64,000 bases of DNA from an uncultured Candidatus Saccharibacteria bacterium. Its GTDB lineage: Bacteria; Patescibacteriota; Saccharimonadia; Saccharimonadales; JALRHH01. The stretch lies in contig CAZLJP010000003.1 of NCBI GenBank assembly GCA_964559915.1, positions 119,769 to 183,768 on the forward strand, read 5' to 3'. Below, in pieces: positions 7,688-16,696 of the stretch (position 1 is its first letter; every line of letters begins with the position of its first letter). Below the pieces are notes generated by a model. That model worked only from the letters and a program-made list of their open reading frames with translations. It did not search any database and had not been told where the DNA came from. A program made the translations under genes and the position numbers.

Positions 7688-9142
7688 ATGGAACTGTTGG
7701 CCGAGCAAGCCGAGCTACAAACACAAGCAAACTATTGCTTCGTGGATGATATCCCGATGGTGGCCATTGCCCGTGGTCACGAACGTTTTGCTGCCCAAGA
7801 ACTACTTGAATCACGACGTCTTACCGGAGTGGTCGAGAGAGGTGGTCAGATACCCGTCGATGCGCTGTCTACAGCTCATAACGTGCTGAATACCAGAAGA
7901 GTATATGGCGAGGATAGCGATGAACACCAACAAAGCCTGAAGGGGCTTGTGCTGGACTGTCAGCGCTTGGTGGGTGAGTGGTATCGCAAGAAGAAGCCAG
8001 AATATTTCGCCCCCGTCCGGCACGTTTTTAACCAGGATACTGAGGAGTTCTTCTCGCATGGGCTGTCTATTCGGCAGATGACAGACAATGCACTGATACC
8101 TATTGATGACAATCGAGAAGACGAGGAGCGCCGCGTCAACGAACGAGTCGAGGAGGCAACCCCACAGCTGCTTCGAAAGCTTGGTTGTATCGCGATTGGG
8201 CAGGAGTCAATCCGTACCATTTCTGAATGTACGGACAAGGCAATCGAAGATTATGCCCACGACATGAAGCATGGTAATAAACACCGTGGATACAGTGGCT
8301 ACGTGCCAGAGATTCAAAAAGTCATGATTCGCGACATTCGTTTGGATGACAAGTCGAATGATAGGTTTGAGGAGCAGATTGGGCTGCCCGGTACGTATAT
8401 TACTCATGAAATTATTAAGATGGCACTAGAGGAACAAGGGCTGGATGCAGCCCGACTTGATAAGACGACCCTACACGGTTCGCAAATACTTGCCCGCGAC
8501 AGCCTGATGGATTTTGTGGAGCTGCTGGACAGCGTTGCGAGCCGAGAGTTCTGTACAGAAGTTTTTATGGGCGAAATGGTACCCGAGGGTGCCGATAAGA
8601 ATTACGGCACTTTCCGCGAAGAAGCCTTGCAGCGCCAAGAAGACCTCAAAGACATGGCCACAACGACTGCCAACTTTGTACTAGACCTGGCCAAGGCTAA
8701 TTTTAGCCGCGAAAAAGCGCCCGCGCATGTTGAGGAATTTGTAAAGAAACAGCTACTTAGTCTGGCAAAACATGATACATCTGTAGCCGAGCAGATGTTT
8801 GATAAACCAACAGCAGCAGGACTGCAGCAAGTGGCCATACTAGAGCAAGCCGGCCGGTTCCAAGAAGCCTTTGAGTTGATGCAGACAGTAGAGAAAGCGG
8901 CGCCGGGTGGTGGGTTTTGTGGTGCTGGCAGCTGTGGGCTAGAAAGTGTGAACATTAGTAGTGAAAGCGGCAAAGACCTTGTCAAAAAGCTGAACGCAGA
9001 TAGCAAAGATACTATCGTCAAAGACACTGAACGGGCCTGCCGCTGCGGCAAGAAATCCATTGTCTATGCGTATAATAAAAACAAGGTAAATAAGCTCTGT
9101 ACTAGTTGTGGCTCATTCGAATCAAAAGTAAGTAAAGTGTAG
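7688..9142 (+). CDS. hypothetical protein with C-terminal Cys-rich (zinc-ribbon-like) tail
   Basis: 484-aa ORF with no family recognised. C-terminus has CGAGSCG ... CRCG ... CTSCG cysteine pairs. Confidence 0.7.
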   Translation: MELLAEQAELQTQANYCFVDDIPMVAIARGHERFAAQELLESRRLTGVVERGGQIPVDALSTAHNVLNTRRVYGEDSDEHQQSLKGLVLDCQRLVGEWYRKKKPEYFAPVRHVFNQDTEEFFSHGLSIRQMTDNALIPIDDNREDEERRVNERVEEATPQLLRKLGCIAIGQESIRTISECTDKAIEDYAHDMKHGNKHRGYSGYVPEIQKVMIRDIRLDDKSNDRFEEQIGLPGTYITHEIIKMALEEQGLDAARLDKTTLHGSQILARDSLMDFVELLDSVASREFCTEVFMGEMVPEGADKNYGTFREEALQRQEDLKDMATTTANFVLDLAKANFSREKAPAHVEEFVKKQLLSLAKHDTSVAEQMFDKPTAAGLQQVAILEQAGRFQEAFELMQTVEKAAPGGGFCGAGSCGLESVNISSESGKDLVKKLNADSKDTIVKDTERACRCGKKSIVYAYNKNKVNKLCTSCGSFESKVSKV

Positions 9143-9145
9143 GAT

Positions 9146-9736
9146 ATGACAAAAATTGGCGTATATCCCGGAGCGTTTGACCCGGTGCATAAGGGGCATT
9201 TGGCGTTTGCACGGGCTGCTCAGGAGCAGTATGGGCTGGATAAGGTCTACTTTTTGCCCGAACCGAATCCCCGCCACAAACAAGGTGTCAAAGCTTTTGA
9301 GCATCGTATAAATATGGTGCAGCTGGCGACAGCCAACGAGCCGGACTTTGGTGTGATTGTGCTGGATCTTCAGGAGTTTGATGTGCCGCAGGTATGGTCA
9401 CGTATTACGGCCCGTTTTTTGGGTGCTGAGTTGTTCATGCTCGTAGGTAGCAACGCCATCAAGCGACTTGCCGCCTGGCCCCACACCATGCAAAAGGGCC
9501 AGCAAGTACCGACATTTGTCATTGCCAACCGCCACAAAGCAGTCGATATCAATGATTCAATAGCGACCTTACTCAAAACCAAGAAATTAAAACTGTCTTA
9601 TGAAGTCCTAGGGGCTCGTTACGCAATTTTTAAATCACCTGACATCAGGTTAAAGATTAAACGAGGAGAGCAGCCAGCCGGATTGCAGTACGAAATTTAC
9701 GAGTACATTAAGCGCAACAAACTGTACCACACCTAG
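9146..9736 (+). CDS. nadD: nicotinate-nucleotide adenylyltransferase-like cytidylyltransferase-fold protein
   Basis: N-terminal GVYPGAFDPVHKGHL (the (H/T)xGH nucleotidyltransferase motif) and FLPEPNPRHK as in NadD. 196 aa. Confidence 0.7.
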   Translation: MTKIGVYPGAFDPVHKGHLAFARAAQEQYGLDKVYFLPEPNPRHKQGVKAFEHRINMVQLATANEPDFGVIVLDLQEFDVPQVWSRITARFLGAELFMLVGSNAIKRLAAWPHTMQKGQQVPTFVIANRHKAVDINDSIATLLKTKKLKLSYEVLGARYAIFKSPDIRLKIKRGEQPAGLQYEIYEYIKRNKLYHT

Positions 9737-9764
9737 CCACCAGCTTGAGGTGTGGTTTGGCGGA

Positions 9765-11468
9765 TTACATATCAGGGGCTATTTGAGTGAAATGACTCTC
9801 TAGATAGGCCATGTGCTTTTCCTTGAACTGGCCAAATTGCTCGGGGTCTGGGCCATTTTTGCGCAGGAAGGCACTGACTTTCTCGCTGCCGATGTAGTGT
9901 GGAATCATGACATAGCTGGCGCCTTCGTCGTATAGCTGAATGGCTTCTTCTTGGTTCGTGGCGTGACAAATAACGACAGCCTTGGGATTGAGCTTGTGGA
10001 TGAGCGTTACCAGCTGCAGTGTTATGTTGAAATCAGTAAAGGTGCTGACAATCAGCTGGGCGTGTTCTACGCCGATTTCTTGCATGAGCTCGGGGTCGGT
10101 AGCATCGCCGTACATAAAGGCCACATCGTGGTGTTCCAACGTATCAATCACGGCCGGGTCGTAATCGACAACTACAAAGCGTTTGCCCATTTGCTGGAAG
10201 GTATTGATAAATTGATGACCACCTTTGTGATAGCCAAACAGTATAAACTGATAGCTTTTGCGTTTGATGTGCTCTTTGTACGCAGCCTCTCGCTCAAACA
10301 AACGAAGTTTAACCTTATCAAACAGCCCAAACAACTTTTCGTCGTAATACATGAGATAGGTGGAGACAGCGATAGTAATCATGGCAACAAGCGTTATAAC
10401 TGCGCTGACATGAGGCCGAATGAGGCCAGTCGAGGCCGCCAGAACGGCGAGGATAATAGAGAACTCACTAATTTGTGACAGGTTGATACCAGCCTTGAAA
10501 CTGACACGTTTTGTGTAACCAAGCAGCCCGAGCGACAGTGTGATAATAGCCGGCTTGGCAATCATGACGAGCGTTGCTAGTACCAGTGCGGGCATCACCG
10601 CGCTGCCGAGGCTCTGCAAGTCAAGGCTCTCACCCAAAGTAATGAAGAACAGCACTACAAAGAAATCTCGCAGTGGCTTGAGACGAGCAGTGATTTCTTG
10701 TGAATACGCCACTGAGCCAAGTGCAACACCAGCAAATAGGGCACCGACTTCGAGTGAAAAGCCAGCGTATTCAAACAAGGTACCAATACCAAATCCCCAA
10801 GACAGAGCAAATAAGAAGAGCAGTTCCTGGGAAGTAGCCATAAAGCGCGTTATTCTGCCGAGCAGACGCAGATTGGCTAACACCAGGAAGGCACCAAGCG
10901 CCAAGCCTTTGAGCACCAACAAGCCGATCTGGTGCAGTTCCAGACCACCGTCTTTATTAGCGGCAATAAATAGCAGCGCCAAAGTGGCAATTAAGTCATC
11001 AAACAGAATAATACCAATGGCCAATTGACCGTGCAGACGGTTGGTTTCTTTTTTGTCGCTCAGAATCTTGACGATAATAATGGTGCTACTAAAGAACAGC
11101 GAAATACCAATAATGAGCGCTTCATTGCTGGTGAAACCCAGTAATGCCGCTGCGGTGAAGCCTAGTGAGCCAACCACAATTAATGCCGTGAAAGCAGTAA
11201 TAATGACCGATTTTCCCTGTTTGCGCAGCTCGGACACATTCATGCCCAGACCAATGATGAATAGCAACAGGGCAATACCAATATGGCTGAATGTTTCGAA
11301 CATCTCCTGGTTGCTTTGGCTAATTAAGCCAAGAAACGACGGCCCCACTATCAGGCCAGCCAGAATGTAGCCAAGAATCAGCGGTTGGCGGATGAGGCGC
11401 ATAATCAGAGCCATGCCGGCGGCAACGGCTATGGTCAAGCTTAGTTCTGCAAAGATATTACCGCTCAT
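9765..11468 (-). CDS. cation:proton antiporter (CPA2/Kef type) with C-terminal RCK/TrkA-N domain
   Basis: 567 aa. N-terminus LIRQPLILGYILAGLIVGPSFLG is typical of Na+/H+ exchanger-family proteins, with about 12 TM segments. C-terminal FILFGYHKGG...VVVDYD resembles a Rossmann-type RCK domain. Confidence 0.85.
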   Translation of the reverse strand: MSGNIFAELSLTIAVAAGMALIMRLIRQPLILGYILAGLIVGPSFLGLISQSNQEMFETFSHIGIALLLFIIGLGMNVSELRKQGKSVIITAFTALIVVGSLGFTAAALLGFTSNEALIIGISLFFSSTIIIVKILSDKKETNRLHGQLAIGIILFDDLIATLALLFIAANKDGGLELHQIGLLVLKGLALGAFLVLANLRLLGRITRFMATSQELLFLFALSWGFGIGTLFEYAGFSLEVGALFAGVALGSVAYSQEITARLKPLRDFFVVLFFITLGESLDLQSLGSAVMPALVLATLVMIAKPAIITLSLGLLGYTKRVSFKAGINLSQISEFSIILAVLAASTGLIRPHVSAVITLVAMITIAVSTYLMYYDEKLFGLFDKVKLRLFEREAAYKEHIKRKSYQFILFGYHKGGHQFINTFQQMGKRFVVVDYDPAVIDTLEHHDVAFMYGDATDPELMQEIGVEHAQLIVSTFTDFNITLQLVTLIHKLNPKAVVICHATNQEEAIQLYDEGASYVMIPHYIGSEKVSAFLRKNGPDPEQFGQFKEKHMAYLESHFTQIAPDM

Positions 11469-11518
11469 ATTTTCGTTTTGTATCCTCTTGCGCTATATTG
11501 TAACTAAGGATAAGTATA

Positions 11519-12070
11519 ATGCAAAACCCCTTAGGACCCTTCAACCCACTCAATATTATTACGCCGCACCAAGAGACGGTGCTGCGCCGCCGTAAGGCTA
11601 TCCGTAGCTTCAAAGCCAAAGCTGATGCCAAGCGCACGGCCAGTGAAAAATTTGCTGACCTGTTGACCGTCAAGTTTGGTACTGTCACGTTCCTGACGCT
11701 GAACTTTGTCTGGTTCACAGTTTGGATACTTATTAATACCAATATGATTCCTGGTATTGAGCCGTTTGACCCGTTCCCATTTGGTCTTTTGACTATGATT
11801 GTATCGCTTGAGGCGATTGGTTTGGCGATTATCGTGCTGATTTCGCAAAACCGCGAAGCCCGCGTCAGTGAACTACGTGAAGAAATAGACTTACAACTCA
11901 ATACTATCTCAGAAAGTGAAGTCAGTAAGCTAATTGGCCTCATGGCTATCTTGTTAGAGAAGCAAGGTGTCAATATTGACGCTGACCCAGAGCTTAAGAA
12001 AATGCTCAAGCCGATTGATAGTGCCGAAATGGTTCGTCAGCTCGAAGAAGAACTTGCAAGCAAAAAGTAA
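11519..12070 (+). CDS. DUF1003 domain-containing membrane protein
   Basis: FGTVTFLTLNFVWFTVWILIN...DPFPFGLLTMIVSLEAIGLAIIVLISQNR matches the DUF1003 two-TM core. Confidence 0.65.
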   Translation: MQNPLGPFNPLNIITPHQETVLRRRKAIRSFKAKADAKRTASEKFADLLTVKFGTVTFLTLNFVWFTVWILINTNMIPGIEPFDPFPFGLLTMIVSLEAIGLAIIVLISQNREARVSELREEIDLQLNTISESEVSKLIGLMAILLEKQGVNIDADPELKKMLKPIDSAEMVRQLEEELASKK

Positions 12071-12156
12071 TTGACCCCTAGTAGATTTTCCATTTACTAC
12101 ATCTACGGTGGAGTATACATTCTCAGAGAAAATGCCATGAAAAACTCACTACAGGG

Positions 12157-12440
12157 TTGACAACACGCTTGTGTTTATGAGAGAATAACGCTACTTCAAG
12201 TAGCGTTTCGGAGCGCTAGGCGAAACAAAAACAACGAAAAAGAGAGCAAATGGTGTGCGAGACCAGGAGCCCCAATGGGAGAGGTTCTGTAGAGGTATGT
12301 CAATTAAAATCAAAGTTTTAAATTCACGAGGTACACGCGTGGAAGTAAAAGTACGTAGGCCTTCCTGGCAGCAGTTCTTGCAGTACTAGAAGGCAAAAAC
12401 AAAAATGAAAGACCGACTATATTAAGTCGGCCTTTTTGTT
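12157..12440 (+). ncRNA. candidate orphan transcription unit (possible sRNA) in a 386-bp gene-free gap
   Basis: TTGACA at 12157-12162 with a weak -10 (GAGAAT, 18-nt spacer). Stacked hairpins (CGCTACT-TCA-AGTAGCG, TTTCG-N10-CGAAA, GCCTTC...GAAGGC). Ends at a hairpin plus T-run at 12411-12440. No convincing ORF and no known RNA family recognised. Confidence 0.3.
12411..12440. terminator. bidirectional intrinsic terminator
   Basis: GACCGACT-N6-AGTCGGCC flanked by an A-run upstream and TTTTTGTTT downstream. Lies just after the stop of the minus-strand gene at 12457. Confidence 0.65.
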
Positions 12441-12456
12441 TGGCTTCAATAATTAT

Positions 12457-13098
12457 CTATTGATTCTTAGCTTTGATTGCGTCTTCGATTAGCTTGCTAA
12501 AGCCATCAGCGTCAGCAGGGTTGGTTATCTTTTTGCCATCTAGGATAAAGGTTGGCGTAGAGTTGGCGCCTAGCTTCTGGCCAGCTGCGATATCTGCGTT
12601 GATAATATCGTTGGTTGCCGAACTCTTCACATCTTTATCATACTGAGCAAGGTCTAGCCCGAGGCTCTCTGCATATGAGCGGAAGGTGCTGCTTGGGTCA
12701 GATGTGGCACTCCAGGTTGTCTGATTCTGGTAGAGCAGGTTGTACATCTCCCAGAATTTGTTCTGGTTGCTCGCGGCCTGCGCAGAGCGGTGAGCCAGCA
12801 TAGCATGACGGTGTATTTGGGTGAGCGGGAAGTTGCGGTACTGGAAAGTAATATCGGCTTTGTACTTCTCGACTACTTGTTCCACGATGGGGTAGTAGCC
12901 ACCACATGCTGGGCATTCAAAATCACCGTACTCAACTAGCGTGACGCCTTTTTTACCATCACCTCTAACATGGTTCGTGACGAGGTTTGAATTATCCTGA
13001 CCGTCTTTAGGGGCGCGGGCATCGTTGCCGTTAAAAATAAGTATGCCTACAAATATTGCTACGAACGCGGCGAGTATTACGCCAAATCGTGATCCCAT
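12457..13098 (-). CDS. DsbA-family thiol:disulfide oxidoreductase (membrane-anchored)
   Basis: N-terminal TM segment and a thioredoxin-fold active site FECPACGGYY (CxxC). 213 aa. Confidence 0.8.
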   Translation of the reverse strand: MGSRFGVILAAFVAIFVGILIFNGNDARAPKDGQDNSNLVTNHVRGDGKKGVTLVEYGDFECPACGGYYPIVEQVVEKYKADITFQYRNFPLTQIHRHAMLAHRSAQAASNQNKFWEMYNLLYQNQTTWSATSDPSSTFRSYAESLGLDLAQYDKDVKSSATNDIINADIAAGQKLGANSTPTFILDGKKITNPADADGFSKLIEDAIKAKNQ

Positions 13099-13174
13099 AA
13101 TTCCTCCGTTATCTATCCAACTCTTTTAGGGTCCACTGTATTGTACCAACAATTGGTGCCTTTCAAAACGGCCC

Positions 13175-14251
13175 TTGGTCATCTACACTTTGGATATGAC
13201 ATTCATAAGCGTTGTAGCATTAACGGGGCTTGTACTGCTGGCTATTAGTTTGCAGCGGACTTACGGGAGTGTGCCAGTTAAGGAATTAAAACGACGGGCA
13301 CGTGGCGGTGATACAGCCGCCGCAGCATTACACAGAGCGGCTGTGTTTGGTTCGAGCTTACGTGCACTACTGTGGGCTCTGATTGTTGGCCTAAACGCGG
13401 TGTTGTTCCTGATGTTGGTACGACGTTTTGACACGCCGCTGGCGATTATATTGATTGCTGCACTACTGTGGGTTGGCTTTGTCTGGTTGCCGGCCCGGCA
13501 GGCGACCTCTGTTGGAGTCTGGTTAGCGGCACGTTTAGCGCCGTTGTTCGAGAAGATTCTAAACTACGCACACCCTTTGCTTAATCGTGCGCACCGCTTT
13601 ATATCACGCCACCGGCCGGTCACGATTCATACTGGCCTATATGACAAAGATGATTTGCTGCAGCTATTTGAGCGCCAGAAGGTCCAGGCTGACAACCGTG
13701 TTGATGCTCAAGTACTGGAAATTGCGCAACATGCCTTGGCATTTGGCGATAAAAAAGTATCAGACATCCTGACGCCACGGCGAGTCGTAAAGGCCGTTTC
13801 TATTCACGACACCATTGGCCCAATTGTCTTAGATGATTTGCACAAGAGTGGCTTCTCGCGCTTCCCTGTGTACGAAGACAAACAAGACAACATTGTGGGC
13901 GTGCTGTATCTCAAGTCATTGGTGCGTGCCAAGGCTGGCGGCACCGTAGCTAAGCACATGCACAAACAGGTTTGTTATGTACACGAAAACCAGCCGCTCA
14001 CAGAGGCGCTCAAGGCTATATTAGCGACCCATCAGCAACTGTTCGTGGTAGTGAATAGCTTTGAGGAATACGTAGGTGTGGTATCCATAGAAGATATCCT
14101 GGAAGAAATTGTTGGCAAGCAAATTGTTGACGAGCTCGATCAATATGATGATTTGCGTGTTGTTGCCGCCAAAATGGCCGCCAAGGAGCACAAAGAGCAT
14201 ATAGAAACCCCGCACGAGAATATACAAGAAGTTACAGAGGTGATAGAATAG
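13175..14251 (+). CDS. CNNM/DUF21 + CBS-pair membrane protein (CorC/TlyC-like)
   Basis: Three to four N-terminal TM helices followed by tandem CBS-like segments (VSDILTPRRVV..., VCYVHENQPLTEALKAI...VVNSFEEYVGVVSIEDILEEIVG). The track start is TTG 13175. ATG 13196 is an alternative start. Confidence 0.75.
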   Translation: MVIYTLDMTFISVVALTGLVLLAISLQRTYGSVPVKELKRRARGGDTAAAALHRAAVFGSSLRALLWALIVGLNAVLFLMLVRRFDTPLAIILIAALLWVGFVWLPARQATSVGVWLAARLAPLFEKILNYAHPLLNRAHRFISRHRPVTIHTGLYDKDDLLQLFERQKVQADNRVDAQVLEIAQHALAFGDKKVSDILTPRRVVKAVSIHDTIGPIVLDDLHKSGFSRFPVYEDKQDNIVGVLYLKSLVRAKAGGTVAKHMHKQVCYVHENQPLTEALKAILATHQQLFVVVNSFEEYVGVVSIEDILEEIVGKQIVDELDQYDDLRVVAAKMAAKEHKEHIETPHENIQEVTEVIE

Positions 14252-14259
14252 TTCCTAAG

Positions 14260-16023
14260 ATGACAAGAGTGTTGGCAAAAGAGGCCATTAATAAAGTTGG
14301 CGAGAATATTGAGCTAAAGGGCTGGGTCCAGTCACGTCGTGACCATGGCGGCCTTATTTTTGTTGATGTACGTGACCACACTGGCATTGTGCAGCTGGTA
14401 GTACATCCGGAGGCTAAAGAGGCCTTTGGCCTAGCAGAGCAGTTACGTGACGAGTTTGTTATTGCTGCGAGTGGCGAAGTGGTAGAACGTGGTCAAGGGC
14501 TCAAGAATCCTAATATACCAACCGGCAACATTGAAATAATACTTAACAAGTTAAGTATTCTGAACAGGGCAGAACCTTTGCCTATTCAGCTACACGGTGA
14601 CCAGATATCCAGCGAAGAACAACGCCTTAGGTATCGCTTCCTGGACCTACGCCGCGACAAGATGCAGACCATGCTTAAACGCCGCGCTGATTACTACAAA
14701 GTTATGCGCGCCTACATGGAAAAGCATGATTTTACAGAGGTAGCAACCCCAATATTGGCAAATAGCAGCCCGGAAGGTGCCCGTGACTTTCTGATTCCTT
14801 CACGTCTCCAGCCCGGTAGTTTTTACGCGCTGCCACAGGCCCCACAACAGTTTAAGCAACTACTCATGGTTGGTGGCGTGCCACGCTACTATCAATTTGC
14901 TGCTTGTTTTCGTGATGAAGACCCGCGCGCCGATCGTCTGTACGGCGAGTTTTACCAACTTGACCTAGAGCAATCATTCGTAGAGGACGGCGAAGAAATT
15001 CGTAGTCTCATGGACCCACTTATCAAGAACCTCGTTACTGATTTTGCTGGCAAGAAATTGCTCAGCACTGACATCCCGCGTATCCCATACCAAGAGGCAA
15101 TGAACCGCTTCGGTACCGATAAACCCGACCTACGTTTTGGCATGGAGCTGATTGATTTGACCGAAGATTTACGTGCTAGCGAGTTCGGTGTGTTCAAGAA
15201 CCCGATTGCCGCTGGCGGGGCTGTTAAAGCTATTTGCGTGGCTGGCGGCAGTCAGTTGACCCGTTCGCAGATTGATTCATTTACCGATATTGCCAAATCA
15301 GAAGGTGCCGGTGGCTTGGCCTACATAGCCTGGGAAGGTGGTGAGGTTAAATCACCAATTGCCAAGTTCCTGACAGAAGCCGAACTAAAAGCTATTCAAA
15401 ATAAGACCGGAGCTAAAGACGGCGATACCGTATTCTTTGGTGCTGACCGCACCACAGTGGTCAACAAGGTACTTGGCCGACTGCGCAACGAGTTTGCCAA
15501 CCACTTTAATCTCAAAGACCCCAATGTAGTCGCACTGGCATGGGTTGTTGATTTTCCATTCTACGAAGCAGACGAAAAGACAGGCAAGATAGACTTTGGC
15601 CACAACCCGTTTAGTATGCCAAAGGGCGGCCTGGATGCGCTGCAATCAGACGACAAGCTGGGCATTTTGGCCGACCAATATGACATGGTCATGAACGGCT
15701 ATGAGATATGTAGCGGTAGTGTCCGTAACCATAACCCAGAGGTGCTGTATAAGGTATTTGATGTGCTGGGCTATGACAAACAGTATGTTGAAGACCGTTT
15801 TGGCGCCATGATTAATGCCTTTAAGTACGGCGCACCACCACATGCTGGCTGTGCATTTGGTATTGATCGAATTTTTATGGTTCTGATGGACGAAGATAAC
15901 ATTCGTGAAATCGTAGCCTTCCCAAAGAACGGCTCTGGTGTAGACCTCATGATGAGTTCCCCAAGCGCCGCCGAAGCCAATCAGCTTAGTGACCTGAGCA
16001 TTCAGGTCACGATAGAAGATTAG
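14260..16023 (+). CDS. aspS: aspartate--tRNA ligase
   Basis: 587 aa with an OB-fold N-terminus (LKGWVQSRRDHGGLIFVDVRD), class II motifs FRDEDPRADR, QLDLEQSF and GSVRNH...GCAFGIDR, and a bacterial-type insertion domain. Confidence 0.95.
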   Translation: MTRVLAKEAINKVGENIELKGWVQSRRDHGGLIFVDVRDHTGIVQLVVHPEAKEAFGLAEQLRDEFVIAASGEVVERGQGLKNPNIPTGNIEIILNKLSILNRAEPLPIQLHGDQISSEEQRLRYRFLDLRRDKMQTMLKRRADYYKVMRAYMEKHDFTEVATPILANSSPEGARDFLIPSRLQPGSFYALPQAPQQFKQLLMVGGVPRYYQFAACFRDEDPRADRLYGEFYQLDLEQSFVEDGEEIRSLMDPLIKNLVTDFAGKKLLSTDIPRIPYQEAMNRFGTDKPDLRFGMELIDLTEDLRASEFGVFKNPIAAGGAVKAICVAGGSQLTRSQIDSFTDIAKSEGAGGLAYIAWEGGEVKSPIAKFLTEAELKAIQNKTGAKDGDTVFFGADRTTVVNKVLGRLRNEFANHFNLKDPNVVALAWVVDFPFYEADEKTGKIDFGHNPFSMPKGGLDALQSDDKLGILADQYDMVMNGYEICSGSVRNHNPEVLYKVFDVLGYDKQYVEDRFGAMINAFKYGAPPHAGCAFGIDRIFMVLMDEDNIREIVAFPKNGSGVDLMMSSPSAAEANQLSDLSIQVTIED

Positions 16024-16631
16024 AATCTTTTAGTAAGTCTTGGCAGGCCGACGATAGTTGCTAATATAACGAGTCCACCAATGGCAACAACAACGCAGTT
16101 GGCTGTGACTTGCGCATAACCCAAGACGTCTACGTTGAGGAATGGATATGGATACCAATGTACATATGCACCTCTTACTAAGCTATACATGGCGTAAACA
16201 ACAGGGAATGTGAGCCACGTGAGTGCTCGCTTGAATGTAATACGCTTTTTAGGTGGATCAATTAACCAGTCGGCAACGATAATTACAGGGAAAATGTAGT
16301 GCAACACTGCATTAACCCAGGGAATTGGCGTTTGTACATCCGCGTTTGCTAACAACAAGCTGTAAACAATGCCCGTGATAGCCATATACAGTGTGCTGGC
16401 GCCGCGTAACAAGACTAGTTTAGTAACATTGCGGTTCTGATATGCCGCCCACCCAGTGACCGCAAAAACTACGGCGCCCAGGATATTTGATTCAATAGTA
16501 AAAAAGCTAAAGAAATTAGTTGCAGAGAAAGTAGCTTGCTGAGCACCGTGCAGTAGTTGAGTTATTACTGCCGCCAGAACTACGATAGCCGTTACGAGCC
16601 GATAGAGCCCAATTGTTTGTGTTGTTTTCAT
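16020..16631 (-). CDS. Pr6Pr-family integral membrane protein
   Basis: 203 aa with six TM segments. FSFFTIESNILGAV and LHYIFPVIIVADWL resemble the Pr6Pr / FAR-17a-AIG1-like family (recalled from memory). Confidence 0.5.
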   Translation of the reverse strand: MKTTQTIGLYRLVTAIVVLAAVITQLLHGAQQATFSATNFFSFFTIESNILGAVVFAVTGWAAYQNRNVTKLVLLRGASTLYMAITGIVYSLLLANADVQTPIPWVNAVLHYIFPVIIVADWLIDPPKKRITFKRALTWLTFPVVYAMYSLVRGAYVHWYPYPFLNVDVLGYAQVTANCVVVAIGGLVILATIVGLPRLTKRF

Positions 16632-16696
16632 AGTCTGTATTTTACACTACGTTATTACTTAGGCTTGTATGGAGCCACCTTGTAAAATAAAAGTAC

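Noticed and set aside
12104-12137. Possible fourth, partial copy of the structured repeat (TACGGTGGAGTATAC ... TTCTCAGAGAAAATGCC resembles pieces of copies 1 and 2)
   Set aside because: The matching pieces are in mixed orientation, and none of the defining helices (CGGAG hairpin, closing stem) is present. The similarity may be chance.
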